Of a DNA stretch of 64,000 bases, positions 28,896-38,531 are shown in pieces. Origin of the DNA: Candidatus Cloacimonadota bacterium (GTDB taxonomy: Bacteria > Cloacimonadota > Cloacimonadia > JGIOTU-2). Every line of letters begins with the position of its first letter. Within the stretch, counting starts at the first letter, position 1. Location: assembly GCA_049903315.1 (NCBI GenBank), contig JBNGBT010000001.1, positions 32,001 through 96,000 of the forward strand. The letters are read 5' to 3'. The position numbers and the translations under genes were made by a program. The notes beneath the pieces were generated by a model. It did no database searches. It was not told where the DNA came from and worked only from the letters and a program-made list of their open reading frames with translations.

Positions 28896-31247
28896 TTACT
28901 CGTATTTTAGAGCTTTAACCGGATTTGAATTTGCTGCTTTTATCGTTTGAAAACTGACAGTACAGATCGCGATTAAAACTGAAAGAACAAACGTTGCAAC
29001 AAATATCTGGTATCCGATATTTACTCGATAAGCAAAATTCTGGAGTAATGAATTTAGAATAAAATAGGCAGCAGGACAGGCGATAAGATTAGCAATAACC
29101 ACCCATTTAGTAAATTCTTTGGAAAGGATAATGACAATATTTGGGATATTAGCCCCCAAAACTTTTCTGATCCCAATCTCTTTTGTTCGCTGTTGTGTCA
29201 TGAAAGTGGATAAACCGAATAAACCAAGACAGGCTATAAAAATTGCCAGGCCGGTAAATATTTTCAAGATCATTTCCATCTCCTGCTCAGAATGATACAT
29301 GGCATTATATCGTTCATCAAAAAATCTGAATTCATGATTATCTTCCGGATCGAATTTAGCCATTGTTTCTTCCAAAAACGAAATAGTGCTTTCCGAATTT
29401 TCTGCATTTATCCTTACAACAAGGTAATCCACATAATCTTTAAACACCATGAACAGCATCGGCTCAATGGGATTGTGTAAAGATTTAAAATGGAAATCTT
29501 TCATCACACCCACGATCTCACCGTCATTACCCCAAAATGAATATTCCTTTCCTATCGGATCTTCTAATCCCATTTGTTTTATAGCTTCTTCATTCAACAA
29601 AACTCCAAAATTTTCCTCATCAGAAAATTCTGCTGAAAAACTGCGTCCTTCGGCCATCTCTATTTTGAAGGTTTCAATAAAATCATAATCAACAATATTG
29701 TAATGAACCAGAAATGTTTCTTCATCATTTTTACCTTCCCAAGCACTTCCAGAAGCTGAACTCATTATTCTATTGGGGAGTGTACGAGCTGCAGACACAT
29801 TTTCCACACCAGGATGTTTGAGAAGCCCCTCTTTTATGGCATCGATTTCTCCCATTCCACGAATATTGGTATATACAATCTGCTCTTTATCGAAACCCAT
29901 TTTTTTATTCTTCATATATTGCAATTGTTTGGCGATCATCAGAGTACTGATGATAAGAATGATCGATAGCGTCCACTGAGTAACCACCATCACTTTTCGG
30001 AAAATCACACCTTTCGAACTCGTAATTTGCGAGCCTTTCAGGGTAGTAACGGGTTTGAAAGAAGAAAGCATAAATGCCGGGTAAATTCCAGTTAGAAATC
30101 CAAGAATGATTACGAAAGCAACAAGTCCTGCTAACATTTCGGGTTTCAATAAATAGAGAAGTGATAATTGTTTTGCAGAAATATTGTTGAAGGCTGGTAG
30201 ACAAAATTCAACCAGAACCAGAGCCACTCCCAGAGATATCAACAACAGAAGCATCGACTCACCAAGAAACTGCCAGATCAATTGGCTTCGCTGAGAACCG
30301 ACAACTTTTCTTAATCCAACTTCTTTGGCGCGTTTTGTATATCTGGCTGTGGACAGACTGATAAAATTTACACTGGAAATAATGATAATAAATACAGCAA
30401 TGATACTGAACAAAACCAGATATCTAAAATCTCCTAATCCACCAAAATCTGCGACCAACCCCACTGAATGCAGGTAAGTTTTTGTAATAGGCTGCAAATA
30501 AAGTTCCGAAGATAATCCTTCTTTTTTTTCTTTCAGATACATTTTAATTTTTGCCGTCATCTCTTCGCAGTCAGTCCCATCTACCAGTTGTACGTAGGTA
30601 TAAATTGAATTGCTGCCCCAGTTATCAAGATCAGGGTTTCGATCTGCCAAAATCTGGAAAGGAAGAATGTATCCGAATGAAATATGCGAATTTTTGGGAA
30701 CATCTTCTATTACAGCAGTAACCTGTAGATTCAAATCGTAAATTGAAACTGTTTGACCAACTGCTTCTTCATCTCCAAATAATTTTGCTGCTATTGATTC
30801 TGAAAGTACAATCGAGTTTTTATCTGAAAGAGGATCCTGGCTACCTTTAATGACCGGAAAGCTGAACATCTCAAAAAAATCTTCATCAGCAAAGGCACCG
30901 GTTCTTTCCTCAAATTTTTCATCTCCCACTTCTATGGTTTGTACAAAGCCAGTGTTGTACCTGGTTGCACGCTCGATTTCCGGAAAATCATCTTTCATAG
31001 CTTCTGCCATTGGAGCTGGTGTAACTGCTACCTGCATGTTCTGTGATGAATAACTTTGGTTTTCTAAAACTCTATAGATATTCTTTCCATTTTCATGAAA
31101 TTTATCATAGTTGCTCTCATCAAATATCCAGAGAGAAAGCAGAATTCCGCAGGCCAATCCAATGGCCAGTCCAATGATATTTATGGCGGAAAATACTTTC
31201 TGCCTTGATAGGTTTCTTATCGCAATTTTTAAATAATTTTTAATCAT
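28896..31247 (-). CDS. ABC transporter permease, double MacB/FtsX type (P2)
   Basis: Start reassigned to ATG 31247 (MIKNYLKIA) after GGAG. Same motif set as P1. Confidence 0.92.
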   Translation of the reverse strand: MIKNYLKIAIRNLSRQKVFSAINIIGLAIGLACGILLSLWIFDESNYDKFHENGKNIYRVLENQSYSSQNMQVAVTPAPMAEAMKDDFPEIERATRYNTGFVQTIEVGDEKFEERTGAFADEDFFEMFSFPVIKGSQDPLSDKNSIVLSESIAAKLFGDEEAVGQTVSIYDLNLQVTAVIEDVPKNSHISFGYILPFQILADRNPDLDNWGSNSIYTYVQLVDGTDCEEMTAKIKMYLKEKKEGLSSELYLQPITKTYLHSVGLVADFGGLGDFRYLVLFSIIAVFIIIISSVNFISLSTARYTKRAKEVGLRKVVGSQRSQLIWQFLGESMLLLLISLGVALVLVEFCLPAFNNISAKQLSLLYLLKPEMLAGLVAFVIILGFLTGIYPAFMLSSFKPVTTLKGSQITSSKGVIFRKVMVVTQWTLSIILIISTLMIAKQLQYMKNKKMGFDKEQIVYTNIRGMGEIDAIKEGLLKHPGVENVSAARTLPNRIMSSASGSAWEGKNDEETFLVHYNIVDYDFIETFKIEMAEGRSFSAEFSDEENFGVLLNEEAIKQMGLEDPIGKEYSFWGNDGEIVGVMKDFHFKSLHNPIEPMLFMVFKDYVDYLVVRINAENSESTISFLEETMAKFDPEDNHEFRFFDERYNAMYHSEQEMEMILKIFTGLAIFIACLGLFGLSTFMTQQRTKEIGIRKVLGANIPNIVIILSKEFTKWVVIANLIACPAAYFILNSLLQNFAYRVNIGYQIFVATFVLSVLIAICTVSFQTIKAANSNPVKALKYE

Positions 31248-31290
31248 TATTTTCTCCAAAATTTAATTTAGATTTAAAATTCGTATATCA

Positions 31291-33723
31291 CTATTCATAT
31301 TTAAGCGCTTTTGCGGGATTAATATTTGCTGCTTTGCAGGCGTGAAAAATTACCGTTGTCAGAGCAATGAGCAACGCGATAAATGAAGAGAGAAAAAATA
31401 TATATAATGAAAGACTTGTCCGGAAAGCAAAGTTCTCGAGCCATTTTCTCATTATAATGAAGGCAACTGGCCAAGCGATAATATTGGCTAAAAGTACAAG
31501 AACAAGAAACTGCCTGGTTAAGAATACGATCACCTGATTACTTGATGAACCAAGTACTTTTCTGACGCCGATTTCTCGGATTTTCTGTTCTGCAGAGTAT
31601 GATGATAATCCCACTAAACCAAGACATGCAATGAAGATCGCAAGGATCGTGAAATAACCAAATAGTTTCAACAGATTTGTTTCTGATTGATAGAGCTTAT
31701 TCAAGTTTTCATCAAGATAATGATATTCAGGAGGGGATTCCGAACCATACTCTATCCACATATTTTTCAATGTTTCTAACACTTTAGGAGATTGATTCTG
31801 ATTATACCGTATGAATAGACATTTGATACCTCCATAATAATCCTGACCATTATCAGGTATAATGAATGCAAGAATCGGAAATATCTGGCTACGAATTGAG
31901 GATGAGATGAAATCATCCATGACGCCAACCACTGTGCTGAATGTGGCGTTGTTAAGTGAGTCTGTAAAAGCAAAATATCTTTTCCCCAAGGGCTCTTCCC
32001 AACCCATTGCATCGACCAATGCCTGATTGACAATAAAACTATCCCACCAGAAATGATCTCTCTCACGATCAAAATCTCTTCCTTTTATAAGATCAATATT
32101 CATTGTTTTGAGGAAATTATAATCAATTTGCATGAACTGCGTGCTTCTCTGTATGATCTCTCCTTCATTGCTCTCGATACGCGCAGGAAAGCGGTTAAAT
32201 GTAGTTCCCGGCTGATTATAGGAAAGAGAGGTGTTTTCTATAAAAGGTAATTCTTGTAGTCTGTCTCGAATCGTTCTCGCGTTCTGATCGATCTTCGGAT
32301 CACGAATTGTTACAAAAATGACATTCTCTTTATCAAATCCAAGATCGATTCCTTTTGCATAAGATAGCTGTTTGATCACTACAAGTGTGCACACGATAAG
32401 AATGATGGAAATTGCAAACTGGAAAAATATCAGGATTTTCCTTGGATTGAAACCTGCTTTACCCATAGGTGTACTGCTTTTCATCACTTGCAGAGGTGAG
32501 AAACCAGCGATAATAAGAGCTGGATAGATACCGGATAATGCTCCCACACAAAGCGCTGCAACAAGAAGCAGCAAAGTGTTATCTAAAGAGAAGATCGAAT
32601 GGAAACTCATCACATCCGGGAGCATGGATCTCATAAGGGGAGAGAATATTTCGATAAGGACTATTGAGATCAAAAAAGCGCAAAATGCGATCAGGATTGA
32701 TTCGACAATGAATTGAACAACGAGAAGAGATTTCCTTGATCCAACGATCTTTCTGATAGCGATTTCCTTGCTGCGCCGGTTTGCTCGGGCTGTAGAAAGG
32801 TTCATATAGTTAATGGATGCAATTACAATGAGAAAGACAGCGATAGAGGCAAAAATGTAAATATTCACAATATCGTTATTTGGATACATTTCCCACGTTA
32901 CATTTGAGTGAAGGTGGATCGATTCAAGCGGCTGCAGCGACATCTCTGCAGATCCATTTATTCGGTCATAGGTCTCCTTCATATATGTGGTGAAGAATTC
33001 GGAAAACTTGGCTTCAAGCTTGCTTTTATCAACCTCGGGAGCGAGGAGAAGATAATGATAAGAGTGCCATCCGTACCATGCATTGTTTTCTCCCTGCCTG
33101 AAAGCAAAAGACCAGGGAACCAGCGCTTCATATTTGAAATGTGTTCCTGCTGGATGATCCTTTATAATTGCTGTTACAGTCATCTCATTATTGTTGTTCA
33201 GGAGTACTGTTTTGCCAATAGGATTCTCGTCACCAAAGAACTTTTTAGCAAAACTTTCAATAAGGACTATGGTATTGGGTTCGTTCAACGCATTTTCTGC
33301 ATTTCCGTATATGAATTCATTTTCGAAAACGCCGAAGAAAGTAGAATCAACTGCAAATATCTGGTCGGTTGTGATTGTCTGCCTTTCATAGGATATCGGA
33401 GCAGAATGAGTGTATAATCCATTTACACCGACTGCTCTAGTCTGCTCGATCACTTCAGGATAGATCTCTTTCATTGTCGGACTGGTAGGTCGCGGCGCAT
33501 TACAGTAAGTGTCGATTTTACCGCCCATGTTGTTTGTGATGCACAATCTGTATATATTCTCAGATTGAGTATAGAATGTATCATACGCAAGCTCATTGGT
33601 GATGTAGAGATATATTATGAAGCTGCACGCAAGACCAACCGCAAGACCAAGGATATTAATGAACGTAAAAGATTTCTGACGTGAAATATTTCTGAGTGAA
33701 GTAAGTAGAAAATTTTTAAACAT
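31291..33723 (-). CDS. ABC transporter permease, double MacB/FtsX type (P3)
   Basis: MFKNF..., KEIAIRK / REIGVRK and NPAKALKYE. Confidence 0.92.
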   Translation of the reverse strand: MFKNFLLTSLRNISRQKSFTFINILGLAVGLACSFIIYLYITNELAYDTFYTQSENIYRLCITNNMGGKIDTYCNAPRPTSPTMKEIYPEVIEQTRAVGVNGLYTHSAPISYERQTITTDQIFAVDSTFFGVFENEFIYGNAENALNEPNTIVLIESFAKKFFGDENPIGKTVLLNNNNEMTVTAIIKDHPAGTHFKYEALVPWSFAFRQGENNAWYGWHSYHYLLLAPEVDKSKLEAKFSEFFTTYMKETYDRINGSAEMSLQPLESIHLHSNVTWEMYPNNDIVNIYIFASIAVFLIVIASINYMNLSTARANRRSKEIAIRKIVGSRKSLLVVQFIVESILIAFCAFLISIVLIEIFSPLMRSMLPDVMSFHSIFSLDNTLLLLVAALCVGALSGIYPALIIAGFSPLQVMKSSTPMGKAGFNPRKILIFFQFAISIILIVCTLVVIKQLSYAKGIDLGFDKENVIFVTIRDPKIDQNARTIRDRLQELPFIENTSLSYNQPGTTFNRFPARIESNEGEIIQRSTQFMQIDYNFLKTMNIDLIKGRDFDRERDHFWWDSFIVNQALVDAMGWEEPLGKRYFAFTDSLNNATFSTVVGVMDDFISSSIRSQIFPILAFIIPDNGQDYYGGIKCLFIRYNQNQSPKVLETLKNMWIEYGSESPPEYHYLDENLNKLYQSETNLLKLFGYFTILAIFIACLGLVGLSSYSAEQKIREIGVRKVLGSSSNQVIVFLTRQFLVLVLLANIIAWPVAFIIMRKWLENFAFRTSLSLYIFFLSSFIALLIALTTVIFHACKAANINPAKALKYE

Positions 33724-33731
33724 ATGGTCAT

Positions 33732-36146
33732 CTACTCATATTTTATAGTCTTTATTGGATTTGCAAATGCACTCTTTATGACAGTATAACTGATAGTAAT
33801 GAGGGCAATGCCAAGAGCAAGAGCACCAGCAGCTAAGAATGTCATAATATTGATACTTACTTTATAGGGGAACTCCGCAAGCCATTTGTGTATAATTAGA
33901 TAGCTGAGTGGCCAGGCAATCGCATTTGAAATTATGATGAGCATAAAAAATTCTATCGAAATTTTGTTAACAATATCTGGAATAGACGCTCCCAGTACTT
34001 TACGGATGCCGATTTCTTTTTTACGTTGCTCTGTAGTATAAAATGTGAGTCCAAGCAATCCAAGACATGCAATAAAGATCGCTAACACAGAAAAGGTGGT
34101 TATGACACGGAAAGACCGTTCTTCAGCTCTGTACATCTTTTCAACTCGTTCATCGAGAAAGGAGTAAGTGAAGGGATATTCCGGATAGAATTTGTTCCAG
34201 ACGTCTTTGATCCCTTGAATAGTCACATGCATATTAGAAGGACTAACCCGGAGTGAAATCTCTTCAAACAAATATGGCCAGTACATGAAAAGGAGGGGAG
34301 AAACATCATTGTGGAGAGAATTGAAATGAAAATCTTTGACTACTCCAATGATCTCGGGTTCGAATCTCTTTACTCCATCACTCAGTCCGATCGTATAGGC
34401 ATGCCCAAGTGCTTCTTCCGGACTTGCAAACCCAAGTTTTTTCACCGTTGCTTCGTTGACAATTGTTACAGCTTTATAGTTAGCTCCTTGTAGGTCTGAC
34501 AGTTTTTGTCCTGCAATCAGATCAAGGTCATATAAATCAAGGAAATCAAAATCGATCATTTTTACAGACACCATAAATGAGTTATCCTCGTGTTGTGTGT
34601 CCGGAACGAGATTTGTGCCGAATCCTCTATCGAGTAACGGGACGCCAAGACTTGTAGATGTCTTTAGAACACCCAGCACCGCATTCATTTCATTTTTTAT
34701 TGTTTCAGAGTTTCTCGACATCCTAGTAGGAGTTTTCAGAATAATTGTCTGATCTTTTTCGAATCCCATATCAAATCCGCGCATATAGCGAACCTGCCTA
34801 TTGATAGTCAGCGTGAAGATGATTAAAATAATGGATATAGAGAACTGAAAAAGAACAAGTCCTTTTCTTAATATTTTTGAATTCTTTTTACCCGTGAGCA
34901 TCGCTTCGTTGCCCTTTATCACATACACAGTCTGATAGTAGGTGAGGACAAATGCAGGATATAGTCCCGCAAGTAATCCGATCACCAGTGTGGAGATAAT
35001 GATAGTTAGAAAAATCCAAGTGCTGCTGAATGTGTCGTATAATAGCTGTGTGCCGATCAGTTCAGAGAAAGCGGGTTTGAAGAGTTCAACGAGTACAAAT
35101 GCAAAGCATAGAGCAACACAGGTGAGTACAACCGATTCGCTAAGGAATTGCCGCACCAGCTGCCGCTTCATCGCACCGAATACCTTTCGAACACCGATCT
35201 CTCTGGCACGTTTGACCGCTCGTGCAGTGGTAAGATTCACAAAATTTATACATGCTAGGATCAATATGAAAAGAGAGATTGATCCAAGCACAAGGATGTA
35301 GGTAAGTGAGCTGTTTGGATTGATCTCATCAGAGAAATGTGAATGCAGATGTATGGATGAGAGTAGCTGCAGAATGCCTTTTTGTGTTACTCCTCCAGTG
35401 AGAGGGAGCACTTGAGTAAAAAAAGCATTCATTTTATTTTCAAATTCTTCAACGTCAGTTCCAGAATGCAGCATGACATAGGTATAGGAGCCGAAAGTTG
35501 CGCCCCACTGATCAAGGTAATTCCCTACGGGAGTATCTTCCAAAGTTGCATAGGTTGTAGCCATATCGAAGCTGAAGTGGGAATTCGGAGGAACATTTTC
35601 AATCACCCCCACGACTTCCATATTTAGTGTATTGTTTAGTGTAATAATTTTCCCAATTGGATTTACCTTCCCAAAATATTTCTCTGCCATATCTCGGGTA
35701 AGGACTATTGTATTTTTATCTTTAAGAAATTTTGCAGGATTTCCATTGATCGTATCGTAGGTGAATATATCAAAGAAATCCTCATCTGCAAATACGATTT
35801 CATCTTCATAGAATTTCTTTTCATCATAGGATACAAGATCCTCGGAGGAAAAAAAGATACGTGTTATCTTATCTATTTCCGGAAATTGTTCCCGTACAGT
35901 TGGTGCAACCAACGCAGGTGTTTCTCCCATGTGAAATGTACCATTGGGTGTAACTGTCTCCACTGAGATTCTATAGATGTTATCTTTATTTGTATGGTAT
36001 TCGTCGTAGTGAAAGTCTTGCCAGATATAGAGTCCCACAAGGATGCAGGCAGCAAGTCCAAGAGCAAGACCCAATATGTTAATCAATGAATATGCCTTTT
36101 GTTTGATAATATTTCGATAAGCGATTTTAAGATAATTTTTAAACAT
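33732..36146 (-). CDS. ABC transporter permease, double MacB/FtsX type (P4)
   Basis: Start reassigned to ATG 36146 (MFKNYLKIA) after TAGGAG; 804 aa. Confidence 0.92.
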   Translation of the reverse strand: MFKNYLKIAYRNIIKQKAYSLINILGLALGLAACILVGLYIWQDFHYDEYHTNKDNIYRISVETVTPNGTFHMGETPALVAPTVREQFPEIDKITRIFFSSEDLVSYDEKKFYEDEIVFADEDFFDIFTYDTINGNPAKFLKDKNTIVLTRDMAEKYFGKVNPIGKIITLNNTLNMEVVGVIENVPPNSHFSFDMATTYATLEDTPVGNYLDQWGATFGSYTYVMLHSGTDVEEFENKMNAFFTQVLPLTGGVTQKGILQLLSSIHLHSHFSDEINPNSSLTYILVLGSISLFILILACINFVNLTTARAVKRAREIGVRKVFGAMKRQLVRQFLSESVVLTCVALCFAFVLVELFKPAFSELIGTQLLYDTFSSTWIFLTIIISTLVIGLLAGLYPAFVLTYYQTVYVIKGNEAMLTGKKNSKILRKGLVLFQFSISIILIIFTLTINRQVRYMRGFDMGFEKDQTIILKTPTRMSRNSETIKNEMNAVLGVLKTSTSLGVPLLDRGFGTNLVPDTQHEDNSFMVSVKMIDFDFLDLYDLDLIAGQKLSDLQGANYKAVTIVNEATVKKLGFASPEEALGHAYTIGLSDGVKRFEPEIIGVVKDFHFNSLHNDVSPLLFMYWPYLFEEISLRVSPSNMHVTIQGIKDVWNKFYPEYPFTYSFLDERVEKMYRAEERSFRVITTFSVLAIFIACLGLLGLTFYTTEQRKKEIGIRKVLGASIPDIVNKISIEFFMLIIISNAIAWPLSYLIIHKWLAEFPYKVSINIMTFLAAGALALGIALITISYTVIKSAFANPIKTIKYE

Positions 36147-36177
36147 GCAAGATGCTCCTATTCGTATTTTATAGAAT
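36130..36177. repeat. 48-bp perfect direct repeat, copy A (P5/P4 junction)
   Basis: AGATAATTTTTAAACATGCAAGATGCTCCTATTCGTATTTTATAGAAT, identical to 38484-38531. Confidence 0.9.
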
Positions 36178-38500
36178 TTACTGGATTGGCGTTGGCTGCT
36201 TTGATTGTTTGATAGCTGACTGTGAGAAAAGCGATAAGGCAAGCAGCTAAACCTGCTGCGAGGAATGACAGCACATTTATGTTCACCCGATACGCGAAAT
36301 TCTGCAGCCAATTTTTCATCAAAAACCATGCAGCAGGCCATGCGATCAGGTTGGCAAATAGAACCCATTTGAGAAAATCAGAGGAAAGTAATCCAACTAT
36401 CTGACTGCCAGAAGCACCCAAAACTTTGCGGACACCGATTTCTTTAGTGCGCTGTTCCGCAGTGAAGGATGCCAAGCCGAATAATCCCAGACAGGAAATC
36501 ACAATTGCCAGAATGGAGAAATAATTGAAAACTTTTCCGGTTCGCAATTCTGTTTCGTATAGCTTCTCAAAATCTGCATCCAGAAAATGAAGTTCAAAGG
36601 GATAATCAGGATAATTATTCTGCCAGATTTTTGCTAATTTTGCCTTGACCTGTTCAAAGTTGGAAGAATTCAAGCGTACAATAAAATACGAGTTATAAGG
36701 ACTTTGCCTTATAACCAGTGGTTCCACTTGTGTGCGAATCGATTTATAATTGAAATCCTGCACTATACCAACGATAATGCCCTCATTTCCGTCTTGTGAG
36801 AACTTTGTTCCAACCGGATCTACGATACCGCTGTAAGCAACTGCTGCTTCATTCAATATATAATTGTTTGAATCATCAAAATCTGGTCCAAAACCCCTGC
36901 CCTCCAAAATGTTGAACTTCATCGTTTCCAGGAAATGTTCATCCACTGAAAAAACATTCATCATATATTCTTTGTCAGCCGGTTTGCCATTCCAATCAAA
37001 TCCACCCCAAAGATGAATTGTGTTGGTTGGAATATCGGAAGAGAGTGTCATGTTTTCTATTTCCGGAAGCGATAACATTTGCTGCCTGAATGTATCATAA
37101 TTCTGTTTGAAGCCACTGACAGTTCTCATATAAACAAGATTATCTTTATCGAATCCAAGGTTTTTCTGCTGAATGAATTTTAATTGGTTTGAAACGACCA
37201 ACGTACCGCAGATAAGAATAACTGAAAGAGCAAATTGGACGACAACTAAAATCTTTCTCATCACGGATTTTTGGCGTTCTTGATCATTTTTTATAACTGT
37301 AACAGGGCGAAATGAGGAAAGGTATAAAGAAGGATATAACCCTGCCATAATGCCGGTAATGATTGTCAAAGCAAATATTTGAACGATCAGGTTGAAATTC
37401 CCTGCTTTCAAAAGTGAAATGTTTTTTCCTGTAAGATCGTTGAAATAAGGGAGAACAAGTTCCATCAATAGTAGTGCAGCCAGCATTCCCATGAAGGCGA
37501 ACAGGATTGATTCACCCAAAAATTGTGTCATCAGGTTTCCTCGCCCTGCACCGATGACTTTGCGCACGCCCACTTCCCGAGCTCGTTTACTGCTACGCGC
37601 TGTACTCAGGTTCATGAAATTTATGCAGGCGATCAACAGGATGAAAAAAGCAATATAGCGAAAAATATAGACATTGTTATTGATTTCGGAAGTGCTGTTT
37701 GCCATGTCGATATCGAAGCTGGATTTTAAGTGGATATCTTTAACTGCCTGAAGATAATAATTGGCATCAAGTCCCAGTTCTTTGGCAGCGATCAATTGAT
37801 TGATTTTCTCTACAATCAATTTGGGATCGGCATTTTCATTGAGCAGGACGTAGCCGTTGAAATAAAAATTACCCCAATCGAAAGGCGATAGTTGTTCCAT
37901 GGAGATCAGCATGTCAAATTCGAAATGTGTGTTGGAGGGCAGATCTTTGATAATGGCAGCAACTGTGAAGGTTTGGCGGCCATTGTAGAGGTCGATTGTT
38001 TTTCCTATTGGGTCGCCGGAACTGAAATATTTTTTTGCTGTTGTTTCGCTCAGGATGATCTTATCAGTACTGGAAAGCGCATCTTCCACATTGCCGGAAA
38101 TTATTTCGAAATCGAAAAGCCGGAAAAACGACAAATCCGCACATGCAATTTTCTTCTCGTAGAATTTTTTTCCGTCAGCTTCAACCAGAATGTCGTAAGC
38201 CAACGGGCGGTAGCGGCAGGCTGCTTCAATCTCCGGAATCTGGCTTTGCAAGTAGGGAAGCATTTCTCCCGGTGTAACCACAGCTTTGAAGCTTTGTTCT
38301 CCCAGATTGGCAGAAACCACTAACCGATACAAATTATCGATTTTACCGTGAAATTTATCATAGCTCATCTCATCACGCACCCACAGCATAATGAGCATAA
38401 AAACGGTTAATCCTAAAGCCAAACCTAAGATATTGATAAAAGAAAATCCTTTGTGCTTTCGGATATTTCTGAAAGGTATCCTGAGATAATTTTTAAACAT
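36158..38500 (-). CDS. ABC transporter permease, double MacB/FtsX type (P5)
   Basis: Start reassigned to ATG 38500 (MFKNYLRIP); 780 aa. Confidence 0.92.
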   Translation of the reverse strand: MFKNYLRIPFRNIRKHKGFSFINILGLALGLTVFMLIMLWVRDEMSYDKFHGKIDNLYRLVVSANLGEQSFKAVVTPGEMLPYLQSQIPEIEAACRYRPLAYDILVEADGKKFYEKKIACADLSFFRLFDFEIISGNVEDALSSTDKIILSETTAKKYFSSGDPIGKTIDLYNGRQTFTVAAIIKDLPSNTHFEFDMLISMEQLSPFDWGNFYFNGYVLLNENADPKLIVEKINQLIAAKELGLDANYYLQAVKDIHLKSSFDIDMANSTSEINNNVYIFRYIAFFILLIACINFMNLSTARSSKRAREVGVRKVIGAGRGNLMTQFLGESILFAFMGMLAALLLMELVLPYFNDLTGKNISLLKAGNFNLIVQIFALTIITGIMAGLYPSLYLSSFRPVTVIKNDQERQKSVMRKILVVVQFALSVILICGTLVVSNQLKFIQQKNLGFDKDNLVYMRTVSGFKQNYDTFRQQMLSLPEIENMTLSSDIPTNTIHLWGGFDWNGKPADKEYMMNVFSVDEHFLETMKFNILEGRGFGPDFDDSNNYILNEAAVAYSGIVDPVGTKFSQDGNEGIIVGIVQDFNYKSIRTQVEPLVIRQSPYNSYFIVRLNSSNFEQVKAKLAKIWQNNYPDYPFELHFLDADFEKLYETELRTGKVFNYFSILAIVISCLGLFGLASFTAEQRTKEIGVRKVLGASGSQIVGLLSSDFLKWVLFANLIAWPAAWFLMKNWLQNFAYRVNINVLSFLAAGLAACLIAFLTVSYQTIKAANANPVNSIKYE

Positions 38501-38531
38501 GCAAGATGCTCCTATTCGTATTTTATAGAAT
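38484..38531. repeat. 48-bp perfect direct repeat, copy B (P6/P5 junction)
   Basis: Identical to 36130-36177; spans the stop codon, RBS and start codon. Confidence 0.9.
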
